Shown piece after piece: positions 52,345 to 64,000 of a stretch of 64,000 bases of DNA. Under the pieces are notes generated by a model. It was not told where the DNA came from. It searched no databases and saw only the letters and a program-made list of their open reading frames with translations. The position numbers and the translations under genes were made by a program. Source of the DNA: Tubiluchus corallicola (taxonomy: Eukaryota; Animalia; Priapulida); the NCBI GenBank assembly GCA_030141605.1, contig JAQGDQ010002384.1, forward strand, positions 248,001-312,000, given 5' to 3'. Position 1 is the first letter of the stretch; every line of letters begins with the position of its first letter.

Positions 52345-55300
52345 GTGATTTACTGTTTCTGATCTGCTAGTTTATAAATTCAAAATGCATTTTACAATTA
52401 ATATCTGTTTTATTTTTATTTGTTGCAGAAACTTTCATTTCTGAGTTCCGTTTCACGTCATTCTGGTCACACTTAACAACACATGCACATTCACAATATT
52501 AATGAAATAAACAAAACAGATGTGGCATTCACTCGTGAAACATTACCAAGTATGGTCGAGCAGTGATGAAGCTACATCTGCCATCACGTACTGTGTTACT
52601 ATGATCTGTTTTTTGTCTCAGAAAAGCTATTGTTTTGCTACGTTATTACGTTATTAGTCAGTTGTTGTTTTTGAGTTTTCACTATTTGTACAGTGTTCAC
52701 AACACTATAGTTTTAACTTGTTGAATTTATTCATGTCCGTCATGCTGAATGCACAAGGCTTTTGATTCACATCATCAAACTAAAGCATTTTATGTATAAC
52801 TTGTTAACATCTAGTAATTTTTAGTTTATTTATTTATATTTGCGTGCAGCTACCTCATTATTTCGCACTTGTTTTGTAACACAGTTTGTGAGTGGCTGGT
52901 ATTGGGTGGCCCACTGGCCAATGGCCAGTCAGAAGTGCCTTTTCAGAATGTAGGCTGAATCAGCATTTCTGATTAATAGTTGTTAATAGCAACTGTCTTT
53001 AGTCAGTTAATTTTGACAGACATTACAAGAGTAGGTCACTTGTAAAATATTAGACAATTGAGCTGTGACATTGAATGTGATTGGTTGATTTTGTGATCTG
53101 GAAACTGTATGATCAGCCACTGAACTTCATTTGCTATTTCATCATTAGTTATTATTATAAGTATTCTTATTGTAATTTTTCACCTATTCGCATGTGTCAC
53201 CTTCCCCGTTCCCTTCAAAATGAGCTACTTCATTTCTTTCGACTGGCCAAGATGGAGCGTCTCATTTTGTCGAAGGGGTGTGACTGTTTTTTTATCATCA
53301 CTTGGGTATTTAACTTACTTATTAACTTATTCATGGAAAACTAAAACAGTATACAAGGAATATTTCCATGATATTGTTAATATTTCTTGCAAATGCATGC
53401 ATGTTAATAAAGCCTTTCAGTTTATTAAAGGATTCTTTGTGATACTGGTGTAAAATGTCAGTTGTCACGGACTTGAGTGAACAATATATATATGTCTGCG
53501 AAGGTGGGTAGCAAGTTATTTCGTAAGTTGCTTGAATATGGTGTTAAAGAACATTTCTATGAAAGTACGAATTACCATTACCATTGTAAATTTTCTAATT
53601 ATATTTATGAATATAATATATAATGTATAATTAATATATTAAAACTTCCACAATGCAAGGCGAAACTGTGCACAATATGCGTGCCAGGCTTTCTCGTTGC
53701 TACTAGCAATGTATGTGTGCCTCGTGTGGAAATCTTTTTATCATTTTTGGAATAATATATTATTGGTATTGAGAGGCCAGAGATCTATAAACTGAACTTG
53801 TTTAATATATAAATATAAATGGATTGTTCTCTTGTTTGCATTTCTATTTATTTCTCAAATTTTTGATGAACTTGTTTTCGATTCTGATTTTCGTTATAAA
53901 TTTTATAAATATTCTGGTCGTGTATGATGTCTTCTGTAAGAGAAGGTCTTGCAGGCTTGTTGCAGGAATTTAGCGAGTACACTCGAACGTTGCACTCACA
54001 CACTACACTCACAGTGCCGTTACCGTTTAGGTTTCTGTCTTCCATTGTGAGTATAGTGAAGTAACTAAGGCAACAGAATTTGTTTATTACATAATTTTTA
54101 ACCTATGCATTTTTTGGTGTGACGTGTATATGTGAATTAAATGTTCAGCATTTGAATTTTATACATGTTTTCCATCTGCTTTCAAGCTATTGTGTCATTG
54201 ATATTGCAGCTTGTTATTTGGAATTTGATATTTAAATACTAGTATTTAGTAGTAGTGTCATACATAGTGTTTTTCTTGCTAACTTCTTAAGTGCACAATA
54301 TATTGCCAGACTTCATCTTTAAATCGCAGATGAAAGCAGTAATTTCATGCCTGTGTATATACTTTGAATATTTTGATAAAAAGAAACAATTGGTGTACTA
54401 GCTTATTTTTAGCCAAACTTGTTCCGTTTATTCACACATTGTAAAATTTGTTGATTTATCATTACTTGCCTTTAATCTGCATTTCGTTGTGGTTACCTGT
54501 TTACTTTTATACTAAAGTTCGTTGTTACATATAAAGTTCCCACATGTAAGTGGGAATTGTACAGTTTATTAATTTACACATCAATTAGTGAAGCTGTCAA
54601 ACTTGCCCAGTCAAAATTAATCTTTACTATCAAATTTTGTATATAGTTGGTTCATGTCTGAGTTTGGTTAGTATCCCATTTGTGTGATTTTTTTTCGTTT
54701 TACGTAAACTTTACATTTCAAAAGACGTCATGTGTTCTGGCTATCCGCAGTGTAATAAATACAAGATTTTTTGCTTATTTTTTGCAATTTGAATGTTGAT
54801 AGAACTAAAGTACTCTTCAAAATTCGTAGATGCTATTCTTGTGTGAATTTTACCGCAGTTATTATAAGTGCTTCATAGTGTTTATCTTTCCATTTTGACA
54901 CTTTCTTATACTGTTCTTTTAATTAAATAAGTAATGTGGTTAATTAATCGCAAAAATCTCTCATTATCAAAAGCCTGATAACCTCAGCTGCCTAGATTTG
55001 AGATAGTTTATTCCAGATAGTTTAATCCTATATTCCAAAACAATATAAGATTAGTTTTTATTTGGCAAATCTGGAGTAAAGAGTAGTAGCTAAAGTTACT
55101 TAAGTAATATCTGTTCCATGTTTAGTTTTATGAAGCTCTTCCAGATTACTTTGCAATCATTTTTGCATGTCAGCTTGACTAGGTGCCTGTACAACTATGA
55201 TTTGCTGAATATCAATGGGTGTTGAGCCATATGCTGAATTAGTCTGTGAAATTGTAGAGTTAATATAAAAAAGCTGAAGTACACATGGTTGTCTTTTTAA

Positions 55301-56659
55301 AATGTTAAGATTTTTCTCCTACTTAACTTAAAATCTCTTCTTTGTCTAAATCTAAAACACACAACTTTAAAATGATGTCAGTAAATTGTAATTTTATGTG
55401 TTTGCTGTGTTGATACTGATAATAACAATTACACTGTATAAAACGTTTAGTGCATGCTGTTGTTTTATTCTTGTTTATTTAAACTTTAACTATATTTCTG
55501 TGTTACAATAAATGAACTCAAAACAGAAAATGCAATGCCTTATATGTTTAAAATTCCTGGCAAGAGCAAGGGGGTATTTTACAGTACAATTCTAATGTTG
55601 TATATGATAGATATCATGAAGCAACATATTTTTATCATAATAGCTTATTGCCACACACACTAACATTTCTGGAAGTCAGTGATCAAAAGTTATATTACTG
55701 CATACCTAATTGCTCAGTTTAACAATATTAAATTATAAATCTACTCGTATTTTGCTTAATAAAAACTTTAATTTGCAAACAATATGCAGCCAATAATATG
55801 CTAGAATCTGTTTTGTTTCTCGTGTCAAGTCAAACTCATGTACACAACCTTTTAAGATCACTCTCCACAGTAAGAACAGTGACACATGGGGACCTCGTGT
55901 TAAAATTAATGCTTTAGTATTTACAGTGAATTGCAGCTTTGTATTATGTATAACAAATAGATATCAGTTGTCAGAGTTTCACAATGTAGTGAAATGAAAA
56001 AGTGAACTCATACAGTATCATGCTGAGTGCATTTGATGCTGCTCATTGTCTAATAATCAAAATACGAGAAAAAATTCACTAATAATTCTTGTTGCTGGTG
56101 TTGATCAAATGCACTAATCTTGTAATCTGATGTGACTTATCAAATGCACTTTCATTGTTTCTTTCATACACGTTCCTTAATCATTGCCTTCTTTTTGGTT
56201 GTTAAATGTACGGTGTCATTTTGAGTAATTTATCTTACTTAGCTGTCCACATTGTTTTTCATTTGACAGGTAGTTTTGATTTTTGTTAAGCGGCCATGCA
56301 ATTTGTTTTTTTTACAGAAAAAGTGGCAATTTGTTAACATTCTACTTTATTTACTCTCATTTTATGTGTCTGTTTATGTGCGTAATGTATAGGTATTGTA
56401 AATTTTTTTCGTATTATGCTACTCTAATTTTTTTTCATTAAATTTCTATTTATGTGCAAGTTGCTGCAAATCTTTTAGGTGCTAATCGATGAAATAAAAG
56501 AAATGTTCACCTTCCATGCAAATAATTATATGTAAGTCTTAGTAAAATTAATAGTTGATCACTACAGCAATTTACCGTTAAAAATAATTAACAATGTTAA
56601 TACTCAATTAAAAATTATTCGCAAATGAGCATAACCATTAACCAAGCCTAGCCCTAAGT

Positions 56660-58860
56660 GTCCAACGTGAGACTCGTCGTAAATATTCCGTCAATGTGTT
56701 ACCAAGTGATTGGCTTTCCTGTTGAAGATATCCCGTAATGCTTATTGGGGAATCGCGACGTGACGTGCAGAAATTGCTGAAATTCTAAACAATATTTTAA
56801 AAACAGGCACATTTCCGCAGGATATTCATAAAGGAATACTTATCCCTTTACCCAAGCCAGGTAAGAAACGAGGTCCTATATAAAATCTTAGACCATTGAT
56901 GTTGCTTACACTACTATACTAAGGAAGATCTGTACCGTTACCGTCGAAGGATAGAGGTTAAGCATACATAGCTTATAAACCTCTCCACTCTTCCTTGTTT
57001 ACTTTGTCAATATTAAGAATACATAATGGGTGGCGACACTACGATCACGAAGCGAAGCATAGGGTTTCTTGTTGCCATTGTGGCAACCTGGGGTCTATAT
57101 ATTTTTCAGCATTGTTTTTCCAAAATCTATGGAGACGAGACTTAAACTGGGCAGGATTGGGTGCTTGTATTACATGGTCAGGCAGCTTGTTCCACTCATT
57201 AATTACTCGCCTTGCGAATGTGAATCTTCTTCTGTTCCACCTTTTGGGAACTGTTCTCTTCTTGATTTTGTAGGAGTGACCTCTGGTACCATGATATGTC
57301 TGTCGGTGAAAAAATATTTCACTGTTGATGGTTTCTATGCCTTTAAGAATACGGAATGTTTGGATTAAATCTTGTCTTTTGCGTCTGTATTTCAGAGTTG
57401 TAAGGCCGAGAATCTTAAGTCTTGCAACATACGGTAAATGAGAAATGGCAGGTACAAGTCTAGTAGCTCGACGTTGTATACTTTCAATTTTTCTTATCAT
57501 GTCTTGACGATTTGGGCTCCAAATCACATCACCATAATCCAGAATAGGACGAACGATTGATTTATATAGTTTGGTCGCCACTGTATGTTGACTAGGATCT
57601 ATGACAGGTTACACACTTACATTCCAACAAGCCAAGCAGCATATCAACCAGGACGGAATACTACTGAATTAGTACAAGCCTGTAAATTACTAGCCGGAAA
57701 AGCCATCTCTTCTGCTGATTACTCAATACATATTCATGATCGATATGTCAAAGGCCTTTGATTGTGTGCGGAGAAAAACTCTGCTATGCTGCCTGGAAGA
57801 AATCCTTGAACCTGATGAAATATACATCATAAGTATAATGTTAGAAAATTTATTAATTCAAGTCAGGTGTGAAGGGAAATTGAGTCAGCCGTTTTCTACA
57901 GACAAAGGAGTACCTCAGGGTGACTGCCTAAGCCCTGTACTTTTCACTTTATATCTTGCCATAGCTCTCACTGAGGACAAAGTTATACCATTGAAAGACC
58001 TAGAAGATCACAACTACACAATTCTTGATCCTGAATTAATACCGAATGAAGTAAGACAAGAATGCAGTTACAGTTCTCTACAAAGTAAGTCAACTACTAT
58101 ATCTATGCAGTATGCTGATGATGTGGCATGGATTACAAGAAACAAAGAAGACGTAGATGAAATAAAAAACTCAATAGAGGAGAAACTGAACAGAATGGAT
58201 CTCATTGTAAACAAAAATAAAACTGAAGAGTTTCACATAACACGCCATGGTGATGAATCATGGCAAAGATGCAAGTATCTCGGTAGTCTGCTGACAACAG
58301 AAGACGACATATCAAGACGGAAGATAATGGCATTATCAGTTTACTCAAAACTTAAAAAAATTTCTTTGGAAACAAAAATTAGAATATTCTCAGCCTTAGT
58401 TGAAACTGTATTTCTATATAACTCTGAGCTCTGGACATTAAAAGCAAATCATAAAGCTGAAATCGATGCGTTTCAAAGGCGAAATTACAAAAACATGTTG
58501 GGTATTAGATGGCCAAAGAAAATTTCAAACAAAGATCTATATGAAACAATAAAAGAAGAACCTTGGACAAGAAAAATAAAAAGACGCCGTTTAAGATGGA
58601 TTGGGCATATGCTTAGACTACCTGATGATACTCCAGTGAAGATAGCTCTTCAACAAGCCATAGAACCAGCTAAAAAACCTGCAGGAGGACAAATGTTAAC
58701 ATATTTAGATTTTGCACAAAAAGATTTAAACACTTTAGCATTGATCCTTAGAAATAAATCTACTTGGGGCATTGCGGCGAGCAGGGAGTCCTGGCATAGG
58801 GAGGTGAACAGAATCATGTCACTGGATGTGTGATTCATTGGATCATGATGATGATGATGA
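56660..58860 (+). mobile_element. 5'-truncated RTE-group (RTE/RTEX/Proto2-like) LINE; RT ORF 57736-58833; interrupted by a CR1-like insertion
   Basis: GILIPLPKPGK..NLRPLMLL upstream, then SQAAYQPGR, DMSKAFD, GVPQGD, YADD, KYLGS; (GAT)n 3' tail at 58845-60. Confidence 0.9.
56932..57582 (-). mobile_element. 5'-truncated CR1-like LINE (ORF2 C-terminus and 3' UTR), antisense inside the RTE-group element
   Basis: LYKSIVRPILDYG..WSP..IESIQRRATRLV..RRKRQDLIQTFRIL..TRGH..RVINEWNKLP; the host RT frame resumes at 57583. Confidence 0.88.
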
Positions 58861-59800
58861 CATAGAGGAATTACAAGATGCAGAATGTACGATCAGCTGC
58901 CGTTTAGAAAAATATAATCTTAAAGTCAGCAATAGAAAGACTGAAGAATACCATATTCGAAGAGGAGGTAATTATTCATGGAAATGATGTAAATACTTTG
59001 GTGGCTTGTTAGACACCGAAGCTGACATACAAAGAAGGAAATTTCTTACATTGTCTGATTATACAGATGTCAACGGTTTTTGAAAACAATAGACTGTCTC
59101 TTGAAACCAAAGCCCAGATCCTTTCATCTTAGTTGAATCTGTGTTTTTGTACAGTGTTGACCTATGGGCAATAAAATTTAAGTAACAGAAGGAAATTGGC
59201 ACTTTTCAAAGACATCTCTATAGAAATTACTCGCAATTAAATGGCCTGACTGAATATCTGCTTTACAGTCTTTTTTACAATGACATCAGGACCTAGAGTT
59301 CAACTCGTTAAGGTCCCTTCTCATATTCATTTTAAATTTATCGATAGCGTTTGATGATCAGTATAATGTGGTGAAGAAGAATCCTTGGAGTAAACAAATA
59401 CAAGTAAGAAGATTGCTTTGGTTTGGTGGCAGCAGTGCATAATGCGTGGCATCAACAAGTGAGATGGGCCGTGTTATTTTTAGAACATAGCAGCACAGAA
59501 ACGACGACGAACATATTTTAATATTCCTTGGTTCAAACGACTTTAGTCCAAAAGTCGAGCTCCGAACATCAAGATGGCTAGCATATGTTCTCTAATTACC
59601 AAGTAAAGCATAAGTAAGAATTGCCTTAAAGGAATCCTTAAAGAACCTTGCAAAAAACCATATGTCAAATGAAAAACAACGTGGACAGCTAAGTAAGATA
59701 AATAAAGATGTTCAATAACTTTAACCCATTTATCTTTAGGAGTAGAAGAACTTACCGCACTAGCTGCAGATAGGAGTAGATGGAATGCTCTAATGAATGG
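58861..59800 (+). pseudogene. Older, frameshifted 3' part of a related RTE-group LINE
   Basis: Residual KYFGGLLDTEADIQRRK, IKWP and LAADRSRWN stretches parallel the 57736-58833 ORF, with stops and indels. Confidence 0.7.
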
Positions 59801-61484
59801 TAATGCCTCAATGTCTACAACAGATGGAAGAGACTTTGAAGACCATCTTTTATTTTAGAATTCTGACTGCCTAGTGGGTCACTGATTCAAACCCAGGCTC
59901 AGTGTAGTCAAGTTTGATACCAAAATTCAGCAGTTGAGGTTTTATATAAACACATTTTATTTTTCATGACCTTTAGTATTAAAAAAAATCTGATTGATAA
60001 ACATTAGTAAGGAATTGTGCAGTTACTGTGTTTAGGTAAATACGAGGGTCAAGCACATATAAGCACATATTTAAAACAGTTTAAACAAGTGTCAGAAATA
60101 ATGCTTGGGCCTTTATTTGCTTTAATTGTCTTCGAACATTGAGAAACGTCCAGCTGAGATTTAGTAGCGCTTAAACTGTACAGACCGTGAAAAGAACCTA
60201 CCGATCATTAAACTAGATCAGTGTCGTAATAAACTTGAATAATTTCCATTGTCAAATCTGTGGTGAAATTACAATCAAGGTGAATAAGGTAAATAACAAG
60301 TATGATTGATCTGCTCTCATCTGACCTACTAATTCGCGTTAATTAAGCGGTTCTTTAACATAATTGTGCTACGTTATTAAATATGAGAGTCGTAATTAGG
60401 TTTAACGATAGGCTATTTGATTAATTCCGCCTTAGGAATGAGTAAGTACTATAATATAATGTTCACACATTTACATTCAGATATCCACATTTTAACAGCG
60501 ACAGTGCATCAACAACAATCTAGTGATACAAATGTTAAACTAAAACATTACTGAAAGTTTACGATTTTGTAGTTTTTATAAGTTTCTGTGCTATATATGC
60601 CCCCATCCCTCCCACTCCTAGCATTCATCAGACATTTCAACAGATAGTACATATACTTCATATACATCTTCGTCATTGATTGGGATTGTAACACTTCATT
60701 AATAAATATTTATGCTGGTTTTTCAAAATGTTTATTTGTAACATAGTATTTGTTCTTCATTTTTGTATAGTCATTGACATAAAACAGTGCAATAGCTTGT
60801 GCATATGAGCTAGTAGTGTAATCAGTGTCTGCCAAATTGAAGCCTGACTCAGACCTGAATAATAAAAGACTGTCGAAAGGTGTTTAGGACGATTGCCTTA
60901 TACAGAGGGAGAGGAAAGGGATTACAAAGTAGAGTACACAGATGTCCTGTTCTCATAAAGATCTGAATAATTAGTATGTAGAGTAACATTCGTTTCTGGC
61001 TATTGAAGTTTGCCTTTACAAATACGCTGTATCAGTTTGCTACACGACACAGATTACATGCTCACCCCAATGCTCAACTCAAACCAGCAGTATGCTAAGA
61101 ATCCAGAAGTACATGCCGCATACACGCCGTACATACATAACATACGTTCATAGATAGAATACATGTGCACATAGCTCCACAATTGATTACCTGCATATGT
61201 TATCACAAGTGGTATTTCCAGCGATTTAATTTGCTCATCATTATTTTTTGTCTGTTTATCATTACCATGCCCACTAGAACATAAATATAATTTACATTTT
61301 TAAGTATGTCAACTTTAGAAATGTCGTGATCCACATAACAGCACCTCTTTGAACTTTTGGAAGTTTAAAATTAGAACATTGCACTGAGTGCAGTCAGAGT
61401 GCAAAAATCAGGCTTAAGGCGTCTGAAATCATTAGGTGAAGTGTTAAATGTTTTAAGTTTTTTGGTAGATGTTTACGATCTAAC

Positions 61485-61839
61485 TGTTGTGGAGATCGCT
61501 GACGTCAAGTAGAATTGCACAGAACGTCGTAGAATGTTCTGTCGGGATGACCGCTTTAGCGTCTGGATTGTTCTCGAACATTTGTTCCAGAAGTTTCTGC
61601 AGTGCGCTATATAAGGCGAAGCAGGCTGCCGACAGGGGATCGCACGCAGATCTAACACGGACTTATACTTACGCATTTATACTTACTTAAACGTTTTCCA
61701 GATTTTCACGTTTATTGTAATCATTTCAACGTTCCTTCATCTTTTGTATAGTAGAATTCTCGCTAAATAAAGCAGTTTTATTTGACGGCGTGTTTTCTGG
61801 TTTTCTCTACGAGCCTTTCGAGAGAAACTAAACACAACA
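61485..61839 (+). mobile_element. Solo LTR (355 bp)
   Basis: TGTTGTG...CACAACA ends, perfect 5-bp TSD CTAAC (61480-84, 61840-44), TATA-like CTATATAAGG near 61607, AATAAA at 61766-71. Confidence 0.88.
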
Positions 61840-61934
61840 CTAACTTGTATATTAAGTAATACGATACAGACAACATACTAGATTAAAAATTTCTAGCTTC
61901 ATATTTGCATTTTGTTTCTACTCAACAGACCAAG

Positions 61935-62045
61935 ATGACAAGTTTAAATAAGGGATGCACGTTGCCTTTATATGTGGTGGATGCTTTCACAAGCCAGGCA
62001 TTTGCTGGAAATGCTACTGTTGTATGTCTAGTGTCACACAATCAG
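61935..62045 (+). CDS. PBLD: PhzF/PBLD-family protein, first coding exon (MTSLNKGCTLPLYVVDAFTSQAFAGNATVVCLVSHNQ)
   Basis: DAFT-x-x-AF-x-GN motif; acceptor at 61927-28 just before the ATG (implies a non-coding upstream exon); CAG|GTAAAT donor. Confidence 0.88.
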
Positions 62046-62840
62046 GTAAATTAATGATCTGTCATTAACAAACTTTTCGTCTTAATCTGTTGTCAGCTAT
62101 TTTTATTGCACTGTTCTTCACTGCAAATAACTTGTGATCCTATAGCACAAAATCAAAGTCAATGTATGTGGCTTAATCGCACTCTTATTTATGTAAAGAT
62201 ACGAGTTTTTAACTACTAACTGATAATGTTTCTTGTTATTTATTTATGCGATTAACTCAATTAATCTACTGTGTTACAATAAATAAATCATTATATTATA
62301 ATATTTAAATCACAGGCTTGCATAATAAAAATCACTGGTTTCCTTTTAGAAATATTGAAACAAATTTAACAAGTTAGATGAAAATAAAAGTGTCCATTTG
62401 GTCACAGCTGAAATCAATTTGTAATCAATTAAACTTATAACATCAGTCATAATAATGTCAGGATAATGGTGACTGTGCCTTTCAGTTATGTTTGTATTTG
62501 GATCTATTATAACAGTAGGTGTTTTTCATAAAGCGTTAGTATAATTTTAAGTGAGAATTACAATGAGTATCAATGCAGAAAATGCATTTTGTTGTTGTTG
62601 TTGTTTCCGTCTCTACTGAGGCTTTGTAGTTTCTTTTTGCAATTAGAATAGATATTCTGTGTATTATTTGAACTGTACAAAACAGCAGATATGTTATATG
62701 TTCAAAATGTATCCCAAACTGCCCAAAAGCTGTGTTGTTTTTATTAGTTGAATTGTGGTGTAATCTGCATTTCTTGGGTTATATTATTAAATGGCTGTAG
62801 ACATTGTGATGTATATAGTCCTTCGGTTATTCTATTTTAG

Positions 62841-63039
62841 GTAATCGACGATGCAAAAATGCAAAAAATTGCTTTCGAAATGAACTTGCCGATAACCGGT
62901 TTCATTGCACTGCCAACAGAAAACGATTCGTTCAAGAATTCTTCCCGTTTTGGTCTACGATGGTTTACCCCTGCCTGCGAATTCCAACTGTGCGGTCATT
63001 CCACTCTTGCTGCTGCCACGGTGCTTTTCTCTTGTGTTG
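62841..63039 (+). CDS. PBLD: PhzF/PBLD-family protein, second coding exon (VIDDAKMQKIAFEMNL...FGLRWFTPACEFQLCGHSTLAAA...)
   Basis: MQKIAxEMNL, LRWFTP and LCGHxTLA family motifs; ttttag acceptor, G|GTAAAT donor; gene continues beyond the window. Confidence 0.9.
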
Positions 63040-63077
63040 GTAAATTTGCTAAGCAGGACAGAAATGTAAATCTAGAA

Positions 63078-63266
63078 GCTGAAGCTGAGTCAGTTGCTAC
63101 TAAATCAGCTGAGTCACACAGTAAATCAGCTAGCTCGGCTGAAACTGAGTCAGTTGCTACTAAATCAGCTGACACTCACAGTAAATCAGCTAACTCGGCT
63201 GAAACTGAGTCAGTTGCTACTAAATCATCTGACACTCACATAGTAAATCAGCTAGCTCGGCTGAAG
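63078..63266. repeat. 60-bp tandem repeat (~3 units) at the start of the PBLD intron
   Basis: gctgaaactgagtcagttgctactaaatcagctgacactcacagtaaatcagcta.ctcg repeated; translates as AETESVATKSADTHSKSANS. Confidence 0.9.
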
Positions 63267-63918
63267 TAATTTTAATGTTGTAATTGTAATTTTAAACAAA
63301 CAAGCATACAAAAACATACGTAAACTTGATAAAATCCTAAACAAAAAAATCTTTGCTTACGAATAGCCTAAATTGCTGCAGTTCAAGAATATGCCGGTAC
63401 ATGGTTTTTAAGAACGTGACAACTGACAACTGTGTGAGTGACAGTACTTTCTCTACCTTACTGCAGATGCTAGCAGTGCAGCACCATCATGTGCTCTGGT
63501 TCCGTACAAGTATAAAGAAAGAACTAAAGAAAAAAGACTTATTGTATTGAATATTATCGATAATATTGAGTGAAAATAGGGGGCGCTGCAGTTCTGATAC
63601 TTATACACAACCGCCACTGTGCTGCATAAACACTAGGCCAAGTTGACCAAAACCTAAATTTTCCTAAGTGAACTTGGTTCAGGAATTGACACTTATGATT
63701 ACTCCTTCAGTGGCTTACTTACTGGAGTTCACCATTACGAATGACAGATTGTGATTCTTATGTCCTGCAGCAACAATTTAGTGTTAGTTTGAATAGTTCT
63801 ATTTGTGAACTGGTTTAAGTGATTCGACAGCACGCCCCTTTATATGCCATATATCTCTCATAATTTATGTACTCGCGATGTTAAAAAAATCTCCTGGCTT
63901 ATAATCTGGCAACTCTAG
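63266..63918. mobile_element. Partial second copy of the composite DNA element at 48325-48804
   Basis: Near-identical to 48325-48804 including the AATCTGGCAACTCTAG end; has ~180 bp (63625-63803) absent from the other copy. Confidence 0.85.
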
Positions 63919-64000
63919 CAATGGATTTATTGAAAATATAATTTAAATCCAACCCTTGGCAAGGCTTATCTGGATTACCAACAAATCAATACTAAACACC

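Noticed and set aside
56927-57600. GATCT as TSD of the CR1-like insertion
   Set aside because: The host RT frame resumes at 57583, before the second GATCT, so the match is coincidental.

Overview
AT-rich animal (invertebrate-like) genomic DNA with spliceosomal introns, so most entries in the ORF track are noise. A calcineurin A (PPP3C/PP2B catalytic subunit) gene on the + strand covers most of the window: I traced coding exons 2 to last (12693-52082) through GT-AG junctions in frame, and did not find exon 1, which probably lies upstream. Downstream are a nested LINE cluster (56.6-59.8 kb), a solo LTR with a perfect 5-bp TSD, and the first two coding exons of a divergent PhzF/PBLD-family gene. 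Introns hold many MITEs, a SINE, Helitron-like pieces and microsatellites. The main discovery is a splicing switchboard in the calcineurin regulatory tail: two tandem, phase-matched exons that each encode a calmodulin-binding domain (canonical at 49057-49144; divergent at 46227-46326, lacking the Met406 and Ser411 equivalents and with a changed autoinhibitory segment). Frame makes them mutually exclusive, and Rbfox/Quaking-type motifs flank them. Candidate 3-nt and 9-nt microexons lie at the introns where, as I recall, vertebrate PPP3C genes have small alternative exons. All splicing claims are sequence-based predictions and need RNA-seq; human residue numbers are from memory.
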